The translations under genes were made by a program, and so were the position numbers. A stretch of DNA of 64,000 nt from Escherichia coli (lineage in GTDB: Bacteria; Pseudomonadota; Gammaproteobacteria; Enterobacterales; Enterobacteriaceae), in assembly GCF_046105845.1 (NCBI RefSeq), contig NZ_CP151004.1. One strand, written 5' to 3'. Positions 57,487 to 64,000 of this stretch are shown here, one piece after another (position 1 is the stretch's first letter; every line of letters starts with the position of its first letter). The notes under the pieces are model-generated. The model was not told where the DNA came from. It searched no databases and was given only the letters and a program-made list of their open reading frames with translations.

Positions 57487-59326
57487 CTTTCAGGGCTTTT
57501 ATCGCCGGATGTAAATCAACAGATTGTAACAGACCACCCGGCGGCGTTTTCACAAGTTGCGGACATAACCGTTCCACGTCCGCCAGCAGGGTTATGGCCT
57601 GTGCCATTGACCACTGCGCATGTTCGCTCATCAGATTTCGTGCAATCCACTGCGCAATATTGCCAGGTTCGAATACGGACTGCTTCGCCAGGTAGCCTAT
57701 CAGTTCAGGAATCAAGATTTGTAAATTTTGTTGGCGTAAGGGTAAAGGCACGGCCCTGATGGTCACATGCTGCGCATCGGACTGGAAATCAATACCCAAT
57801 TCCGCCAGGGCAGACTGCGCTTTTTCTAATGCCGATTTTTCTTCACCAGAAACTTTTAGCCGCAGCGGAATCAGCAACGGCTGGGCGCAAACTGGCGCTT
57901 CACCCGGCGTCAGTTGCGCCTGACGCAGCCAACGTTCTGCCACTGGCAAGGCTAAAAGTGAAATGTTGCCGTCGCGCTCCAGCAACGCACAGTCGGAATG
58001 GACGATAGTCAGTACCCGACCAAAACTCTGACTGTTCGCCGCAAGTGCAGGTTCCTGCGGTTCTGGCGCTTTTGGTTTTTGCATCGGCGCGGGCGTTTGC
58101 AAAAGCTGGCGATACACTTCACCTTGCTGTTTCTGGTAACCTGGCTGCGCATTCGGCCAGGGGGCAGCCGGACGACTGCCTGAGGCGGGCGCAGGAGTGT
58201 AACGCGGAGCTACTGGCTCACGAACTGCCGGTTCAGCAAAATGATTGCGCCCCGCCGCCACGCGGTTTTCCGGGATGGCGCGCGGTGCAGGTTGTGGTTC
58301 ATCGTCCAGCGGTAGCGGCGTTTCCAGTTGCTGTTGTAGCACGCTCAGCACGCCCTGATAGATAAAATCATGCACCAGACGCGACTGATGGAAACGCACT
58401 TCGTGTTTGGCAGGGTGCACGTTGACGTCCACCTGATGTGGGTCGATCTCCAGATACAACACAAATGCCGGTTGCTGATCGGCCCCCAGTTTGTCTTCGC
58501 AGGCCTGGCGGATCGCGTGATTGATCAGACGATCGCGCATCATGCGACCATTCACATAGCAATACTGAATTTCCGCCAGTGCGGGCGTGGTGTGATTCGG
58601 ATCTGCCACCCAGCCGCGCAGCGTGAGATCGCCGTGTTGCCATTCAATCGCCAGCGCTTGTTCGAGAAAAGCGGTGCCGCAAATCGCCCCTAAACGGCGC
58701 TCTTTTTGTCCACCTTCCGGCACGGCGCGGTACTGGCGGACCATTTTCCCGTTATGCGACAGGTTGATCGTGACGTCGAAACGCGCCAGCGCAATGCGGC
58801 GGATGATCTCATCAATGTGGTTAAATTCGGTTTTCTCGGTGCGCAGGAATTTGCGCCGCGCCGGGGTGTTGTAGAACAGGTCCAGCACCTCCAGCGTAGT
58901 CCCCACCGGATGCGCCGCCGGTTTTACCGTCACGTCCATATCGCGCCCTTCGGCATAGGCCTGCCAGGCTTCCTGCTGTTCTGCGGTACGTGAAGTGAGC
59001 GTCAGGCGGGAAACCGAACTGATACTCGCCAGCGCCTCACCGCGAAAGCCCAGGCTGATAATGGCTTCGAGATCGTCCAGAGAGGCGATTTTACTGGTGG
59101 CATGACGAGCCAGCGCCAGCGCCAGCTCATCTTTTTTGATACCGCAGCCGTTATCACGAATGCGGATAAGTTTCGCCCCACCGCGTTCGATATCAATATC
59201 GATACGCGTCGCACCTGCATCGAGGCTGTTTTCCACCAGTTCTTTGACTACCGACGCAGGTCGCTCGACCACCTCACCTGCGGCAATCTGGTTCGCCAGT
59301 TGTGGCGGTAAGACCTGAATTGGCAT
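57479..59326 (-). CDS. mutL: DNA mismatch repair protein MutL
   Basis: Start set at ATG 59326 ([20 protein letters not shown], 615 aa). GHKL ATPase motifs. Confidence 0.96.
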
Positions 59327-59335
59327 CAATAATCC

Positions 59336-60673
59336 TTAGTTTGGCAGCGTGCGATCTGGCGTCGTCACCGTACTGGCCGTTTGTGCCGCTGCACCCTGCG
59401 GCGCAGATTGCATCGGATGCGCAAGGAAATAATTGCGCAGGCCTTTGTAAATGGCTTCTGCCAGCTGTTGTTGGTAATCGTCGCTCGCCAGCAAACGTTC
59501 TTCGCTGTTGTTGCTGATAAAACCGGTTTCGACCAGTACTGATGGGATATCCGGCGAACGCAGAACGCCAAGGCTGGCGTGTTCTGGTCGACGTTTATGT
59601 ATTTCGCCAATGCGTTGCAACTGACTGATCATACTGGTCGCTACATCATACCCTACCCGCTGGGAATGACCGAACTGTAAATCCAGCACCGCCTGGCTTA
59701 AATAGGGGTCAGACTGACTGTTCGCCAGCACATCGCCCGCTCCGCCCAATAGCTCCGACTGTTTCTCATGCTGTTCCAGCCAGCTTGCCATCTCGCTGTT
59801 TGCACGACGGTTTGAGAGCACCCATACGGAAGCGCCAGTCGCACTGCGGTTCGGTGCGGCATCAGCGTGAATCGACACGAGGAAATTGGCGTTTTGCTTA
59901 CGTGCCACATCGCTGCGCCCCATCACCGAGATAAAGTAATCCCCGTCACGGGTTAAAACGCCTTTAAACATTGGATCGTCATTGAGCAAAGTACGCAATT
60001 TACGTGCGATGGCGATGGTGACATTTTTCTCCCGCGTACCGCCGGGGCCGATAGCGCCAGGGTCCTGACCGCCGTGTCCTGCATCAATAGCGATGATAAT
60101 TTTATCGCCAGTGTTAGCCGTCGCACGCGCTGCCGGACGCGTTACCGTATTACTGCTGATAACACCTGTAGTGCGGTTACTTTCCGTTTTAAACGGATTG
60201 CGCGCCGGTTCGCTGACGCGCGGTGCGACAACCGCAGGCGTTTCAACGCGTTTCGCAACCACAGGCGGCGGAGGAGGCGGTGGCGGCACATCGGCGTTAA
60301 TCGTAAAGACGACAGTGTAATTGCTGCCATTCTGCCGCTTCACCGCTTCGGTTTTACCGTTTTCGGTAAGATCGACCACCAGCCGTAGCGTTTGTGCATC
60401 TTTAGGCGTTCCGGAGCGAATCGCCTTCACCAGATTATTGCCGCTAAACAACAACGGCAGCCCCTGAATTACCCCCGTTTGTTTGATATCGAGCGCCACG
60501 GTGCGTTTGCTTTGATGGCTAAACGCATAATCAGGATCGCCAATAAAACTCAACGTTATCCGCGCCTGTTGGTTGCCGTTAGAAACCTGAATATCAGAGA
60601 GCGTCGCGGCACCCACCTGCGCGCACAGCAGCAGCAACGTCGCTACCAACCAATTTCTGATGCGATACATCAT
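59336..60673 (-). CDS. amiB: N-acetylmuramoyl-L-alanine amidase AmiB
   Basis: Start set at [16 protein letters not shown] (445 aa). Pro8 linker and Amidase_3 domain. Confidence 0.95.
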   Translation of the reverse strand: MMYRIRNWLVATLLLLCAQVGAATLSDIQVSNGNQQARITLSFIGDPDYAFSHQSKRTVALDIKQTGVIQGLPLLFSGNNLVKAIRSGTPKDAQTLRLVVDLTENGKTEAVKRQNGSNYTVVFTINADVPPPPPPPPVVAKRVETPAVVAPRVSEPARNPFKTESNRTTGVISSNTVTRPAARATANTGDKIIIAIDAGHGGQDPGAIGPGGTREKNVTIAIARKLRTLLNDDPMFKGVLTRDGDYFISVMGRSDVARKQNANFLVSIHADAAPNRSATGASVWVLSNRRANSEMASWLEQHEKQSELLGGAGDVLANSQSDPYLSQAVLDLQFGHSQRVGYDVATSMISQLQRIGEIHKRRPEHASLGVLRSPDIPSVLVETGFISNNSEERLLASDDYQQQLAEAIYKGLRNYFLAHPMQSAPQGAAAQTASTVTTPDRTLPN

Positions 60674-60691
60674 CCCGCCACCTTTCAAAGG

Positions 60692-62670
<1,979 letters not shown>

Positions 62671-62672
<2 letters not shown>

Positions 62673-63810
62673 GTCAGAGCCCCTCGATCTCAATCAGTTA
62701 GCGCAAAAAATTAAACAGTGGGGGCTGGAACTGGGCTTTCAGCAGGTAGGTATTACCGATACCGATCTCAGCGCGTCCGAGCCCAAACTGCAAGCATGGC
62801 TGGACAAACAATACCACGGCGAAATGGACTGGATGGCGCGTCACGGTATGCTGCGTGCTCGTCCTCACGAATTATTGCCCGGTACGCTGCGCGTGATCAG
62901 CGTGCGGATGAATTACCTTCCTGCTAACGCCGCATTTGCCAGCACGCTGAAAAATCCCAAACTCGGCTATGTTAGCCGTTATGCGCTGGGCCGTGACTAT
63001 CACAAGCTTCTGCGCAACCGACTCAAAAAGCTGGGCGAGATGATTCAGCAACATTGTGTTTCGCTGAATTTTAGACCGTTTGTCGATTCTGCGCCTATTC
63101 TCGAGCGCCCGTTAGCTGAAAAAGCAGGACTTGGCTGGACAGGTAAGCACTCACTTATCCTCAATCGCGAAGCCGGTTCGTTCTTCTTTTTAGGCGAATT
63201 GCTGGTCGATATTCCGCTGCCCGTGGATCAACCAGTCGAGGAAAGATGCGGTAAATGCGTGGCCTGTATGACGATTTGCCCGACCGGTGCCATCGTCGAG
63301 CCATATACCGTAGATGCTCGCCGCTGCATTTCTTATCTGACGATAGAACTGGAAGGGGCAATCCCGGAAGAGTTGCGACCGTTAATGGGAAATCGTATTT
63401 ATGGTTGCGATGACTGCCAGCTTATCTGCCCGTGGAATCGCTATTCGCAACTCACTACAGAAGACGATTTCAGCCCGCGTAAGCCGCTACACGCTCCGGA
63501 ACTCATTGAGTTATTCGCCTGGAGCGAAGAGCAGTTTTTAAAAGTCACGGAAGGTTCGGCGATTCGCCGTATAGGTCACCTGCGTTGGCTGCGTAATATC
63601 GCCGTAGCATTAGGCAATGCCCCCTGGGATGAAACGATTTTGACAGCGCTGGAAAGTCGTAAAGGTGAGCACCCACTTCTCGATGAGCACATAGCGTGGG
63701 CGATTGCGCAGCAAATCGAGAGGCGAAATGCGTGCGTGGTCGAAGTGCAATTACCGAAAAAACAGCGTCTGGTTCGGGTGATTGAAAAAGGGTTACCGCG
63801 TGACGCCTGA
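62671..63810 (+). CDS. queG: Epoxyqueuosine reductase
   Basis: Start set at MSEPLDLNQLAQKIK (379 aa). Two 4Fe-4S ferredoxin Cys motifs (CGKCVACMTICP, CDDCQLICP). Confidence 0.94.
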
Positions 63811-64000
63811 TTCATCCACAGCTTGTGAATAAAAATAAAAACGCATTGCAATTCAAGCCGGAAAAAATCGTCAAGTGATCGATACGACAAAACGAAATCT
63901 TAATTTTTAACTTATCTATCAATAGGTTAAAAAAATACTATTCACCGTGCGAAGTTTCTTTGAAATTAAGATTACAGCCTGAGACTGTGGATAACTCTGT

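Noticed and set aside
60240-60290. GGCGG/GGAGG-rich short repeats resembling a simple-sequence repeat
   Set aside because: This is the coding sequence for the PPPPPPPP linker of AmiB on the opposite strand. It is a normal feature of the gene.
63811-64000. Search for tRNA-Gly genes (glyY/X/V follow queG in K-12) and for a queG terminator
   Set aside because: No tRNA-Gly sequence or cloverleaf-compatible segment is present in the last 190 bp. Only a weak 5-6 bp hairpin without a T-run was seen, so nothing is reported.

Overview
This window is Escherichia coli chromosome. It is colinear with the K-12 fbp-to-queG interval but in reverse-complement orientation. All gene calls rest on my recognition of the ORF-track proteins and their synteny; no search was run.

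About 63 protein genes are present, almost all conserved core genes:
- ytfQRT-yjfF galactofuranose ABC transporter, ppa, chpSB toxin-antitoxin, tamAB-ytfP, msrA, cysQ, cpdB, ytfE, cycA, fklB
- rpsF-priB-rpsR-rplI
- the ula ascorbate regulon and aidB
- the uncharacterised yjfIJKLMC cluster
- nsrR-rnr-rlmB, purA, and the amiB-mutL-miaA-hfq-hflXKC superoperon
- tsaE, nnr, queG

I found no rRNA, tRNA or CRISPR array. Start codons were trimmed from the longest ORFs to the Met/Val that reproduces the N-termini and lengths I recall for K-12. Every trimmed length matched.

The only clear accessory element is a ~1.75-kb IS200/IS605-family insertion sequence (IS609-like) at 27092-28839:
- It sits inside the small TetR-remnant gene ytfA.
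- It has near-identical subterminal hairpins.
- Its tnpB looks intact, with the RuvC D/E/D triad and a zinc finger.
- Its tnpA carries an in-frame TGA upstream of the catalytic tyrosine.
- This gives a testable prediction for an omega-RNA/TnpB RNA-guided nuclease whose guide and TAM would target the empty ytfA site.

The most interesting poorly understood native system is yjfI-yjfJ-yjfK-yjfL-yjfM-yjfC. It combines a PspA/IM30 homologue, DUF proteins and a glutathionylspermidine-synthase-like ATP-grasp enzyme.

Several candidate operators, terminators and REP/RIP elements are also listed. I did not find a convincing multi-gene novel defence system. Hairpin and repeat coordinates were counted by hand and may be off by a base or two.
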